Origin: Alphaproteobacteria bacterium
Lineage (GTDB): Bacteria; Pseudomonadota; Alphaproteobacteria; Micavibrionales; Micavibrionaceae
Reading direction: 5' to 3'
Assembly: GCA_039808785.1 (NCBI GenBank)
Contig: JBDHTT010000001.1
Coordinates: 1-63,592, forward strand
DNA length: 63,592 nucleotides
Shown: positions 1 through 9,525 of the stretch, one piece after another
How the letters are laid out: the number at the start of each line of letters is the position of its first letter
How positions within the stretch are numbered: the stretch's first letter is position 1
Program-made: the position numbers and the translations under genes
The notes under the pieces: model-generated
Databases searched by the model: none
Told to the model about the DNA's origin: nothing
The model's input: only the letters and a program-made list of their open reading frames with translations

Positions 1-370
1 ATCATCAAGAATACCTGCACCTGGTCTTTGAGCAAGGACATATTGTCAACTTGCCTTCCGTTATCGAAGTCAACGCATCATCTTCGAAAGTTACAATAGG
101 CGGTCATGCCAAAATAATGATTGAGGGCCATTTATATTGTTAGCATCACAACATATGTAAGTTTATGTGGTGTTTTCAATGCTCGGTGGATCAAGACCTG
201 AACTCAGTTCGTTCCCAAGCTTTTGGATGATTGAGAGCGGAGAGCGTGGATTTTTGCTCTTTGCGCTCTTATATCCAACTCAATAAATACTGGTAATATA
301 GATAGAGGTGTTCATCAGATTTATGGGCACGGGTACCGGTGAATTAGAGCAGTTCAAAGAGCTTCTTTAA

Positions 371-402
371 TAAAAAAACGGTATATTAAAAAAATATACC
401 GT
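371..402 (-). terminator. Rho-independent terminator-like hairpin
   Basis: Perfect 9-bp stem ACGGTATAT/ATATACCGT (378-386 / 394-402) with a 7-nt loop. The A-run at 371-377 on the plus strand is a T-run after the hairpin on the minus strand. It lies downstream of the IS30-like relic ORF. Confidence 0.4.
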
Positions 403-464
403 AAAATCCATTGCGTTTTTGTGTGGAAATATTAGGTGAATACCCCTTAAGGTGCGCGTGATGC

Positions 465-705
465 CTAAACTCTTGGCCATGATCGAAGTAATGGCTCTTC
501 TTTTGTTTTCAGGTAGTTGGCGGAATATATCCGTCCCTGCCAGTGCATTTTAATTCGCGACTGATTGTCGATGGGGATCGTCCCAAAGATTTTGCGGTAA
601 AGCTCTATTCGCTCTGTAAGGTTGAGCTGACCATATCTTTTCCTTTCCATTGCAACTCCTGTATAAGGTGTTGCACTTGATCCGTGAACTTATACGGGGT
701 CATGG
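465..705 (-). pseudogene. IS30-family transposase N-terminal relic (frameshifted and truncated, no catalytic domain)
   Basis: The minus-strand ORF starts MERKRYGQLNLTERIEL (HTH of the LTLEERIEI type). Shifting one frame gives FTAKSLGRSPSTISRELK, the IS30-family HTH signature. No DDE region follows. About 130 nt of it, including the start codon, is repeated at 31272-31415. Confidence 0.65.
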
Positions 706-821
706 TGCAGTCGCCGGACCCTGTATATGCGAAAAAGCCTCACAAGTTCGACTTTTTCTACTACGGGGGTTCGGAACAATTTGAAATTTGGGAGCTATTA
801 AGTTCCCGTTTTAAATCATCG

Positions 822-848
822 TAAAAAATACCCCGCTTGCGCGGGGGT
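822..848 (-). terminator. Rho-independent terminator downstream of fliL
   Basis: GC hairpin CCCCGC-TTGC-GCGGGG (831-847). The plus-strand A-run at 823-828 is a T-run after the hairpin on the minus strand. It lies about 100 nt after the fliL stop. Confidence 0.6.
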
Positions 849-950
849 AAAGGTTCAGAGGGCTCACACTATGTGGAAACATAGAAAGAGTAACAAAGGA
901 GAAATAAACTCTAAGGAAAAACAGACAAGGAAATCCGCAAGATCATAACC

Positions 951-1457
951 TTAAACCCGGCGTTGTTGAACGGATTGCAACAGCACATCACGCACTTTTT
1001 CCTCGCCTAAAATTTTGGTGGTAATCATATGAAGCCGTTCTTTGACATGATTGACCTCAACCACGCCATTGGCATCAATCGCACCAGCAGGGCCTTTTTT
1101 ACCCAGCAAGCCATACATATTTTGGATATAGGCATCTTTAAGTCGTGGCGCAAAACGCTCAATATCTTTGGCGGCTTCGGCATCAACGGCTTCCAGCGTT
1201 ACGGAAATATTAATAATTTGAACCACACCCTGATCATTCACCACCGGCAGAGTGAGCGGGTCCATTTTCACAAAGGCAACCTTAGCATCCTCTTCGGATT
1301 TTTTCTTATCTACAGCTGCTTTCTTCGCTTCAGAGGAAAGGTTTTCTGCGCTCACCGAAGCCTGGGCAGGCTTGCCGAAAAACAAATAAGCCGTAGTCCC
1401 CACACCGCCAATCAAGATCAGTGCCACTATCGTCAAAAGAATCTTTTTCATTATCAC
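951..1457 (-). CDS. fliL: Flagellar basal-body-associated protein FliL
   Basis: 168 aa with a single N-terminal TM helix (ILLTIVALILIGGVGTTAYLFF). It has a charged linker and a FliL-like C-terminal domain (MDPLTLPV...INISVTLE...RLKDAYIQ). Confidence 0.65.
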   Translation of the reverse strand: MIMKKILLTIVALILIGGVGTTAYLFFGKPAQASVSAENLSSEAKKAAVDKKKSEEDAKVAFVKMDPLTLPVVNDQGVVQIINISVTLEAVDAEAAKDIERFAPRLKDAYIQNMYGLLGKKGPAGAIDANGVVEVNHVKERLHMITTKILGEEKVRDVLLQSVQQRRV

Positions 1458-1645
1458 CCACGCCGTTTGTCACGTTTTGTTGTTCTGCAATATTAAGAAT
1501 ATCATTGCTTATGTTAATGTCCAGTAAGGATTATGTGCAATTTTATATGTTATAAAAATAAATTAATGGGGAAATTTAAGCGCAGAAAAAGATGAATTTT
1601 TTCAATGCTCTGGGCTATAGTTCATCCCAAAAGGAGCAAATCAGG

Positions 1646-2491
1646 ATGGAAAAAATTCTAAAAGCCGGAGTCATCGGGCATCCGATTGCGCATAGTAGAT
1701 CGCCGATCATTCACGGCTATTGGTTAAAAAAATACGGAATTGCGGGTGAATATCTGCGGTACGATATCGCGCCACAGCACTTGAGATCAGAGGTCGCGCG
1801 GTTGGTGGATTCGGGGTTACGTGGCTTTAACGTGACATTGCCGCACAAAGAATCGATTTTGGAGTTATGCGTGAGCCGAAGCAAGCTGGCGCAAAAAATC
1901 GGTGCAGCCAATACGATTACCATTGATGACACTGGCCGTCTTCATGCGGACAGCACAGACGGATTCGGATTTTTGCAAAATATGGCCGCGCATGTGCCGG
2001 ATTTGAGCTGGCGAAATAAAACAATCATGATTTTGGGCGCGGGCGGCGCCGCGCGGGCTATTGTAGGGGCGCTGATGACAGGGGATGTCGAGCAAATCAT
2101 TTTGGTCAACCGTACCTATGATAAGGCGGTGGCCTTATCCGCAGAATTGACAAATCAATATGACGGGATGAGTGAGATAATCCCCAGCCACTGGTCCGAA
2201 ATCCCTGACTTCTTGCCGCGTTGCGATGTGGTGGTGAATACGACCTCGCTCGGCATGAAGGAACAGGCTGCGTTAGAGATTGATTTGGACCCATTGCCCG
2301 CAAACGCGGTGGTGAGTGATATTGTTTATGCGCCGCTGGAAACTGAGTTACTAAAACAAGCGCGGTGCAGGGGACTGACCGCAGTCACCGGAATTGGGAT
2401 GCTCCTCCATCAGGCTCGCCCGGGTTTTGAGCGATGGTTTGGTGTTAAGCCCGATGTAACACCCGAGCTGGAGGCCTTGGTGTTATCGTAA
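1646..2491 (+). CDS. aroE: Shikimate dehydrogenase
   Basis: Motifs GVIGHPIAHSRSPIIHGYW, GFNVTLPHKE, GAANTI, TDGFGF and ILGAGGAARA. I prefer the ATG at 1646 because AAGGAG lies 9 nt upstream at 1631-1636. The ORF track starts at 1592. Confidence 0.85.
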   Translation: MEKILKAGVIGHPIAHSRSPIIHGYWLKKYGIAGEYLRYDIAPQHLRSEVARLVDSGLRGFNVTLPHKESILELCVSRSKLAQKIGAANTITIDDTGRLHADSTDGFGFLQNMAAHVPDLSWRNKTIMILGAGGAARAIVGALMTGDVEQIILVNRTYDKAVALSAELTNQYDGMSEIIPSHWSEIPDFLPRCDVVVNTTSLGMKEQAALEIDLDPLPANAVVSDIVYAPLETELLKQARCRGLTAVTGIGMLLHQARPGFERWFGVKPDVTPELEALVLS

Positions 2492-2536
2492 CCTCAGAGG
2501 TTGGTTGCAACCTTTCAGCACACAGATGGCTGAGTT

Positions 2537-4981
2537 TTAAAAATCAGGCTTACGAGCTTTTCTGCTGCGTTGGGGGCTGCGTTTTTGGGGGCGAGATGAG
2601 GAGGTATGAGAGTCGCGGTACTTGTTGTCGTCACGCTGCGCGGTATGGGATTGAGAGGAGTCTGCGTTGGAGCGTTTTTTATGAGATGACTTTTTTTGAT
2701 CTCTCGCTCCGTTGGTCTGGGCCTTTTCCTTACTGTTCTTTTGGTGATAATTCTTATTACCTCTATTGCCGCCCGTCTTACCTCTCGTCTTAACCCTCAT
2801 GGTACCATTGGATTGATACCCCTCAACATCCGCGCCGAATTGCGCCCCAACCAGTTCAAAAATGGAACTGCCGGTCATCGGGTCGGCCTCTAACACCCGG
2901 ATCAACACCGGCGCGCCAAGGCGAAAGATGCGGGCCGTTCGCGTGCCAATCAACGCATGTTGGGATTCCTCATGCACATAATAATCGCTCGGCAGCGACC
3001 GGATCGGCACCAACCCGTCCGCGCCAATGGTGTTCAATTTGATAAAGAGTCCAAAGCGTGTTACGCCGCTGATCCGCCCTTCAAACTCCATCGAAATTTT
3101 ATCGCGCAAATAGGCGGCGGTGAACCTGTCAACGGCATTGCGCTCCGCTTCGGCCGATGTGCGCTCAGTTCCTGAGATATGTTCGGCGATTTCTGCCATT
3201 TTCACCATTTCGTGATCGGTCAGCCCTCCATCACCCAGATGATAGGCGCGAATAAGACCACGGTGAACCATCAAATCCGCATAGCGGCGAATGGGCGAGG
3301 TAAAATGCGCATAGCGTGTCAAAGCCAGCCCGAAATGCCCGATATTTTCGGGGTCATAGACTGCCTGGGCTTGTGATCGCAAAATAATTTCTGATACCAA
3401 AAACCCCATCGGAAGTTTTTTCGCCTTTTCCAACAGATGATTGAGCTGGTGCGCCCCTGCCACCCCCCCTTTGGGTAAGGAGAGCCCGAACGCATCCAGA
3501 AAACTATTGGCCGAGAGCAGCTTTTCCCCCGTGGGGCGGTCATGGATGCGGTAGATACAAGGGGTGGTTTTGGCCTCCAACGCTTCCGCCGCCGCGACAT
3601 TGGCCAGAATCATAAATTCCTCAATGAGTTTATGGGAGTCGAGGCGTTCACGCACCGCAACGCCCGTCATCTCACCTTGATCATTGACGATGATTTTGCG
3701 CTCCGGCAAATCAAGATCAAGCGCGCCACGTTTGATGCGGGCCTGATCCAATATTTTCCAGGCTTGATAAAGCGGGGTGATAACGCGGTCCATCAGCGGT
3801 TGCGTGGTGTCATCGGGTGCGCCCTCACGCGCACGCTGCACCTGTTCATAGGTCAGGCGCGCGCGAGAGAGCATCAGCCCGCGCACAAATTTATGGCGCA
3901 GCAATTTGCCCGCATCATCAATCCACATATGAACGGCCAGTGTGGCGCGCGGTTCATTGGGCCGCAAGGAACATACGTCATTAGAGAGCTTTTCGGGCAA
4001 CATCGGCAAAACGCGGTCGGGGAAATAGGTCGAGTTACCGCGCAGATAGGCTTCCTTATCCAACGCCGACCCCGCCCGCACATAATGCGCGACATCGGCA
4101 ATCGCCACAATCAAATGATAACCGTTTGGGTTTTTCGGGTCTGGATCGGGTTCGGCAAACACGGCATCATCGAAATCGCGCGCGTCCGCCCCGTCAATTG
4201 TCACCAACGGATAGTCGCGCAAATCGGTGCGTTTACCCAGTTGCGGCACATCCATATCCGTTGTTTCGTCAATAACATTTTCGGGGAAAAACGGGCGCAG
4301 ATTGGCTTCATACAGTGCCATCAGGCTGATGGCTTTGGGGTCGTTGGCCTGCCCCACAATCTCAATGATCTTGACTTTTTTACGCAGCGGCGCCCCGCGC
4401 ACGGGTTGAATTTCCGCCACCACAATTTGACCGTTGCACGCGCCGTTTAAATGATTTTCCGGGATATCGTAATCATGTTTGGCGCGGCGATCAATCGGGG
4501 AGAGAATATAGCCATTCTTATTTTTCTGGATAAAGCCAACCACGCGCGCGCTGGCCGTGTCAATTTTCTTGAGAATTGTGGCGGTATAAAGATTGCCGGC
4601 GATTTTTTGCACCCGCACCATGGCCTTGTCCCCCACCATCAAGGCCGGATGACCGGATTTTTGCGGCATAATTTCAATGCGCGGGGGAGCCCCTTGGGTA
4701 TCAAGATCCCATTCCAATGGCTGGCCGAACATATCGCCGTCAATATCAATATCGGTGATCATCAGGGCGCAAACCGGCGGGAGGCTTTGGGCAATTTTAA
4801 ACGTCTTACCGCCTGCCGACTCTATCAGCCCATCGGCAACCATGGATTTGAGCAAGGATTTAAAGGCGATCCGCGCCCCTTCACCGCGTATGTCAAAAGC
4901 ATCAATCAATTCACGCTGCGTCATCGCCACCCCGAATTTTTCGAGCAGCCGTAGTATTTTTTGGGAATCAGGAAATTTCAT
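2537..4981 (-). CDS. rnr: Ribonuclease R (RNB exoribonuclease with S1 domain and a basic C-terminal tail)
   Basis: 814 aa with RNB-domain motifs (TIDGADARDFDDAVF, YFPDRVLPMLPE, HFGLALTRYAHFTSPIRRYADL), an S1-like segment (FEGRISGVTRFGLFIKL) and a Lys/Arg/Ser-rich tail. Confidence 0.9.
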   Translation of the reverse strand: MKFPDSQKILRLLEKFGVAMTQRELIDAFDIRGEGARIAFKSLLKSMVADGLIESAGGKTFKIAQSLPPVCALMITDIDIDGDMFGQPLEWDLDTQGAPPRIEIMPQKSGHPALMVGDKAMVRVQKIAGNLYTATILKKIDTASARVVGFIQKNKNGYILSPIDRRAKHDYDIPENHLNGACNGQIVVAEIQPVRGAPLRKKVKIIEIVGQANDPKAISLMALYEANLRPFFPENVIDETTDMDVPQLGKRTDLRDYPLVTIDGADARDFDDAVFAEPDPDPKNPNGYHLIVAIADVAHYVRAGSALDKEAYLRGNSTYFPDRVLPMLPEKLSNDVCSLRPNEPRATLAVHMWIDDAGKLLRHKFVRGLMLSRARLTYEQVQRAREGAPDDTTQPLMDRVITPLYQAWKILDQARIKRGALDLDLPERKIIVNDQGEMTGVAVRERLDSHKLIEEFMILANVAAAEALEAKTTPCIYRIHDRPTGEKLLSANSFLDAFGLSLPKGGVAGAHQLNHLLEKAKKLPMGFLVSEIILRSQAQAVYDPENIGHFGLALTRYAHFTSPIRRYADLMVHRGLIRAYHLGDGGLTDHEMVKMAEIAEHISGTERTSAEAERNAVDRFTAAYLRDKISMEFEGRISGVTRFGLFIKLNTIGADGLVPIRSLPSDYYVHEESQHALIGTRTARIFRLGAPVLIRVLEADPMTGSSIFELVGAQFGADVEGYQSNGTMRVKTRGKTGGNRGNKNYHQKNSKEKAQTNGARDQKKSSHKKRSNADSSQSHTAQRDDNKYRDSHTSSSRPQKRSPQRSRKARKPDF

Positions 4982-5030
4982 GAGTATAGTCTATCCTAAT
5001 TCGCGCACCATGTCATTGCGTATGTTTTAA

Positions 5031-7145
5031 TCAAATCTGCCCGATGGTTTTAATACGCGCTTTGGCATGGATTTCGTTTTGCGACATGACCGAGGTTTGA
5101 GGACGGAAACGTTCAATCACCGAGCGCACATAGGGCCGGATCATGGGCGAGGTCAGCAGCACCGGCGACTCGCCCGTTTGGGCAAATTTATCAAAACTGC
5201 CCCGCACCGCCAGAATAAATTCCTGTAACGCCGAAGGTGCCATCGCCAGCTGGCGCTCTTCGCGTTCGCCAATCAGCGATTCGGCAAAAGCTTGCTCCCA
5301 TTTCGGGGTGAGAGTCACGAGCGGCACAAAGCCCTGACCGTTCAAATTTTGCTCACAAATCTGGCGGGCAAGGCGCGAGCGCACATGTTCGGTGATCAGC
5401 ATGACATTTTTGGTATAGGTGGTGGCTTCGGCAATTCCTTCCAAAATCGTGGTGAGATCGCGGATAGAGATCCGTTCATTCACCAGATTTTGCAATACGC
5501 GCTGCAACCCACCCGTGGAGATTTGGGATGGAATCACATCGCCGACCAGCTTCTGATAGTCCTTCGGCAACTCATCCAACAGACGCTGCGTTTCAGTATA
5601 GGACAATAAATCGGCCATATTATCCTTAATAATTTCGGTTAGGTGGGTCGTGACCACGGTTGCGGCATCAACCACCGTATAGCCTTTAAAATGCGCCTCT
5701 TCCCGATATCGTTGGTCCACCCACATGGCGGGAAGGCCGAAGGTCGGTTCCACCGTATTTTCGCCCGGTAGGCTGATCTGCTCCCCCGTTGGGTCCATGC
5801 ACAGCAACATGCCGGGGCGGACCTCGCCGCGTCCTGACTCAATTTCCTTGATGCGCACGACATAGCTACCAGCCGGGAGTTGCAAATTATCCTGAATCCG
5901 TACACTGGGCAAGATATAGCCCATTTCCTCAGCCAATTGGCGGCGCAGGCCCTTGATTTGGTCGGGGAGTTTGACGGAGTTTTCGCTCCCATGCACCAAC
6001 GGCAGCAAAGCATAGCCTAATTCCAACCGAATCGTATCCATGGCGAGGGATTTTGAGATTGGGTCCTCAGCCGGTTTTGCGGCCTGAGTTTGCGCGCGGA
6101 CTTCTGCCTGCTTGCGCTCGGCCTCCACCGCGTTGCGCTTGAATGAAAAGAATGAAATCACGCCCGCAACCCCGCCCAGCACCAAAAACGGCAGGATCGG
6201 CATGCCGGGCATTAAACCAATCGCAATGATCAGCGCAGACGACATGGCGGTGGCACGCGGATAGCGGCTGAATTGATCGAGCAATGCTTCATCCGCCGAA
6301 CTTTCGATCCCGGCTTTGGAGACCAATAAACCGGCAGCCACCGAGACAATAAGGGCAGGAATTTGCGACACAAGCCCGTCACCGATAGTCAGCAAAGAAT
6401 AATAATTCGCGGCCTCCGCCAGACTCAACCCCTTCGCGGCGGTACCGATAATAATGCCGCCAATCAGATTGATAAACGTGACCAAAAGCCCGGCGATGGC
6501 GTCCCCACGCACGAATTTGGCCGCCCCGTCCATGGCCCCAAAAAAACTGCTTTCCTGTTGCAATTCCGCGCGTTTTTTCTTGGCTTCATCTTCGGTGATC
6601 AACCCGGCGGACATGTCTGAGTCAATCGCCATTTGCTTTCCCGGCATCGCGTCCAATGAAAAACGCGCCGCGACCTCGGCAATACGGCCCGACCCCTTGG
6701 TAATCACGATAAAATTGACGATGATCAAAATCGCGAAAACGATGGCCCCGACCACATAATTGCCCTGAATCATAAATACGCCAAAGGCCTCAATAATCTT
6801 GCCCGCGGCCTCATGCCCCTGATCACCGTTTGAGAGAATAAGCCGGGTGGAGGCAAGATTAAGACCCAATCGTAAAGCGGTCGAGATCAGCAAAATAGTG
6901 GGAAAAGTTGAAAATTCCAAAGGCTTGCGGATAAAAAGCGTGATCATCAAAATCATCACCGAAAAAGTGATGGAAATGGACAGACCCACATCGACCAAGG
7001 CCGGCGGCATCGGCACCAACATAAACATCAAAATGATGATAATACCGGCAGCCAGCGCAAAATCCCCGCGCAAGATGCTGCGCAGGGCCGATTTTCCGGT
7101 CATCCCGGCCAAGGGAGAGCTATTCGGAGAGCTATTTGACGCCAT
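5031..7145 (-). CDS. flhA: Flagellar type III export apparatus protein FlhA
   Basis: 704 aa. The N-terminal polytopic membrane domain contains FPTILLISTALRLGLNLASTRLIL and the FHIPEP-type motif MPGKQMAIDSD. A large cytoplasmic C-terminal domain follows. Confidence 0.92.
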   Translation of the reverse strand: MASNSSPNSSPLAGMTGKSALRSILRGDFALAAGIIIILMFMLVPMPPALVDVGLSISITFSVMILMITLFIRKPLEFSTFPTILLISTALRLGLNLASTRLILSNGDQGHEAAGKIIEAFGVFMIQGNYVVGAIVFAILIIVNFIVITKGSGRIAEVAARFSLDAMPGKQMAIDSDMSAGLITEDEAKKKRAELQQESSFFGAMDGAAKFVRGDAIAGLLVTFINLIGGIIIGTAAKGLSLAEAANYYSLLTIGDGLVSQIPALIVSVAAGLLVSKAGIESSADEALLDQFSRYPRATAMSSALIIAIGLMPGMPILPFLVLGGVAGVISFFSFKRNAVEAERKQAEVRAQTQAAKPAEDPISKSLAMDTIRLELGYALLPLVHGSENSVKLPDQIKGLRRQLAEEMGYILPSVRIQDNLQLPAGSYVVRIKEIESGRGEVRPGMLLCMDPTGEQISLPGENTVEPTFGLPAMWVDQRYREEAHFKGYTVVDAATVVTTHLTEIIKDNMADLLSYTETQRLLDELPKDYQKLVGDVIPSQISTGGLQRVLQNLVNERISIRDLTTILEGIAEATTYTKNVMLITEHVRSRLARQICEQNLNGQGFVPLVTLTPKWEQAFAESLIGEREERQLAMAPSALQEFILAVRGSFDKFAQTGESPVLLTSPMIRPYVRSVIERFRPQTSVMSQNEIHAKARIKTIGQI

Positions 7146-7181
7146 AAATTTGTTTAAAATTGGTTGAGCAATTGATCATCT

Positions 7182-7203
7182 GATTTCATCTTATCATGAA
7201 ATC
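7182..7203. promoter_or_regulatory. Perfect inverted repeat GATTTCAT-N6-ATGAAATC in the flhA / nuclease divergent region
   Basis: Read directly: 7182-7189 GATTTCAT, spacer CTTATC, 7196-7203 ATGAAATC. It lies 37-58 nt upstream of the flhA start codon. Confidence 0.4.
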
Positions 7204-7311
7204 TTAAAAATCTTGCGGATTTTTTCGGGGTGTTTTTTAGGGGGATTTTTTCGCTTTTTTTCGCTTTTTTTTCGCTAGGGCGGATGAATGGCGACGTGCT
7301 ATACATGATCC

Positions 7312-8322
7312 ATGATTTTGCGCCCTTTTTATTTCCTGAATTTGTGCATTTTCCTGTGCAGCATTTTGTGCAGTATATTTTTTGCATCACCAACAGCGCG
7401 GGCGGAGAATGACAAGCCCGTACAATCTGATCTTAACGGCCTCATGCGCTCTCCGCTGTCGATGAAATATTCTGCGGTGATTGAGGGCACGAAATTGCTG
7501 GGCCAAGATCAGAAAATTTACAAATTTCCGGTGCTTTCTATCCCCGAAAATTTCCCCGATATTGAGGAAAAGGCCCAAAAGAGGGTGCAGGAATTGGTTC
7601 TGGGGCAAAAATGTACGCTTTACCTCACGCGCAAATCCGATTTTGGGCGCATGAATTATTTGGGTGAATCGCTGGTTGAATTGGTCTGCGGCCCGCAAAA
7701 TATATGGGTTTCCGGGCAGTTGGTGAGTGAAGGTCTGGCCCTGGTCGCCCCCAACATCTCCAACCCCGAAATGGTTACGGAGCTTTTGAAGATTGAGGCC
7801 CAAGCGCGTGCGGCCAAAATCGGGATTTGGGGCGGGGATAATCCTTGGCCCGTTTTAACGCCCGCGGCGGCCGCGCAGCATCTTAATTCGTGGCAAATCA
7901 TCTCTGGCCAAATTCAGAATGTCGGCATGACCAAGGATATGGTTTTCCTTAATTTTGGCAAAAATTGGAAGGATGATTTCACGGTGAGCATCCCCAATGA
8001 TTTGCGGCGTGAGATGATGAAAAACCGTGTCAATCCGCAATCCCTGCGTGGACAAATGATCCGCGTGCGCGGATGGGTGCGGGATTATAACGGCCCGATG
8101 ATTGATCTGGAAAGCCTGACGCAACTGGAAATTTTGCCGCAAACTACGCCTAAGCATATGCCCAAATCTGCGTCGGCCGATGGGACCGCGGGTGAAATTG
8201 AACAAGACAATACCAATGCTCAAGATAATGCCCCACACAACACCATGCACACCATCAAAAACAGTCATGTGCAGGATCAAGCCCCCCCTGGCGCACCGAC
8301 CGATCACAATTTTTTGCAATAA
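7312..8322 (+). CDS. Secreted thermonuclease (SNase)-like family protein
   Basis: Signal-peptide-like N-terminus (..IFFASPTARA/END). SNase-like segment (LYLTRKSDFGRMNYLGESLVELV...WVSGQLVSEGLALV...LLKIEAQARAAKIGIWG). The canonical GIDAPE-type motif is not obvious (LSIPEN), so activity is uncertain. Confidence 0.5.
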   Translation: MILRPFYFLNLCIFLCSILCSIFFASPTARAENDKPVQSDLNGLMRSPLSMKYSAVIEGTKLLGQDQKIYKFPVLSIPENFPDIEEKAQKRVQELVLGQKCTLYLTRKSDFGRMNYLGESLVELVCGPQNIWVSGQLVSEGLALVAPNISNPEMVTELLKIEAQARAAKIGIWGGDNPWPVLTPAAAAQHLNSWQIISGQIQNVGMTKDMVFLNFGKNWKDDFTVSIPNDLRREMMKNRVNPQSLRGQMIRVRGWVRDYNGPMIDLESLTQLEILPQTTPKHMPKSASADGTAGEIEQDNTNAQDNAPHNTMHTIKNSHVQDQAPPGAPTDHNFLQ

Positions 8323-8375
8323 GGTGTAAAGGTCAGCTTAAATACTGACTTTTGCATATAAATTGGGTAATTCTT

Positions 8376-8413
8376 CCTAAAATCCTGTACCACGGCAAAA
8401 TCATGAACAAGTT
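8376..8413 (-). repeat. Solo terminal inverted repeat of the IS30-like/MITE family (terminus at 8413)
   Basis: CCTAAAATCCTGTACCACGGCAAAATCATGAACAAGTT matches 31452-31489 at 27 of 38 positions by hand alignment. ATCATGAACAAGTT matches the reverse complement of the MITE left end (ATCATGAACAGGTT) at 13/14. Confidence 0.6.
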
Positions 8414-8496
8414 CTAAGTCAAAGCCCGGTCTATACTAGACAAGCATCCTTCTTTTAGATAGTAGGAATGAGTAAACAACCTAGGCGGAAATTGGT

Positions 8497-9525
8497 ATGA
8501 TTTCAAAATTTAGGGTTTTCCTAACTGGAGCAGATGGATATCAATGGGCTTTGCGGGAGGATTACAATCAAACAATTGCAGCAGCAAGCGGATGTACGGA
8601 TTTTGTTGCCTTCCCGGAAGCAGATTTGATTCACACTGTCTATTGGGAGGCCTTAAAATCAATTCCTGCTAAAGAGCTGTTGAAACGTCCTGTCATCTGC
8701 AACTTGTCCGGAGAATGGCCGCGGTATGAGCAAGATGCCGGTCAAGTTTTTCTTGATATGGCGTCAAAGGTGGATATCTGGATTGTGCGCTCACGTCAGG
8801 CAGAAAGAACCTTGCAGCAAAAAGGCTACAATGTTTTTTTTATTCCCTATACCGTGAACACATCTATCTTTCGCCCGCAGCAAAACACTGATAAACAAAT
8901 GATACGTAAGCAATTAAAAATCCCACAAGATGCTTATGTGATCGGAAATTTTATGCGCGATAGCACCGCAGGTAAAATTTGTGCCCCTAAACTGGTCAAG
9001 GGCCCGGATATTTTTGTAGAGATTGTCAGTCGTCTCCAAAAAAATGGTCACGCCATCCATGTTCTGCTGGCAGGACCTCGCCGGCATTGGGTCAGAAAGC
9101 GCCTCAGAGAAAAGTCTATCCCATTCACCTTTGCTGGATGGAAACTATGGTTCGATGATATGCGAATAAATACCCTCCATCGGACGCGCCTGAATGAACT
9201 ATACAATGTATTGGACTTGTCACTTGTTAGCAGCAGGAGCGAAGCGGGGCCACACGCCATTCTGGAGGCCGCCGCTGCGAAATGTCCACAATTATCGTCC
9301 CGCGTCGGGATTGCTGAAGACGTTCTGTTGCCATCACAGATATATGATTATGATGATGTGGATACCGCTGTGGCAAAGATTGAGGATGATATCTTGACCG
9401 GAAACCTTAAAGTTAACTGCCCAGAGAATTATGCGACAGTTCTCTCTCGTCATACGGCTGAGTCTTGTGCTAAGAGTTATCAAGAAGTTTACAGTATGGC
9501 TCTTGCTATTGGAGAAGAAAAATAA
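8497..9525 (+). CDS. Glycosyltransferase (GT-B fold, GT1/GT4-like)
   Basis: 342 aa. C-terminal GT-B signature (KGPDIFVEIV...HVLLAGP...SRSEAGPHAILEAAAAKCPQLSSRVGIAEDV). First gene of the low-GC cluster. Confidence 0.6.
   Translation: MISKFRVFLTGADGYQWALREDYNQTIAAASGCTDFVAFPEADLIHTVYWEALKSIPAKELLKRPVICNLSGEWPRYEQDAGQVFLDMASKVDIWIVRSRQAERTLQQKGYNVFFIPYTVNTSIFRPQQNTDKQMIRKQLKIPQDAYVIGNFMRDSTAGKICAPKLVKGPDIFVEIVSRLQKNGHAIHVLLAGPRRHWVRKRLREKSIPFTFAGWKLWFDDMRINTLHRTRLNELYNVLDLSLVSSRSEAGPHAILEAAAAKCPQLSSRVGIAEDVLLPSQIYDYDDVDTAVAKIEDDILTGNLKVNCPENYATVLSRHTAESCAKSYQEVYSMALAIGEEK

Noticed and set aside
3-143. Possible 3' end of a plus-strand CDS entering from the left edge (..VIEVNASSSKVTIGGHAKIMIEGHLYC stop).
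   Set aside because: Only 46 codons are visible and no family is recognisable. It cannot be distinguished from a chance open frame.
1029-1496. A 155-aa plus-strand ORF overlapping fliL.
   Set aside because: It is antisense to fliL and its translation shows no recognisable family.
3542-4450. A 302-aa plus-strand ORF inside rnr.
   Set aside because: It is antisense to a confidently identified RNase R gene. The composition is Arg/Gly/His-rich and typical of shadow frames. No recognisable motif.
7220-7275. The tandem TTTTTTCGC-type repeats as a CRISPR or VNTR array.
   Set aside because: There are only three short units and no spacers. It is better described as phased T-tracts. No CRISPR-like array was seen anywhere in the window.
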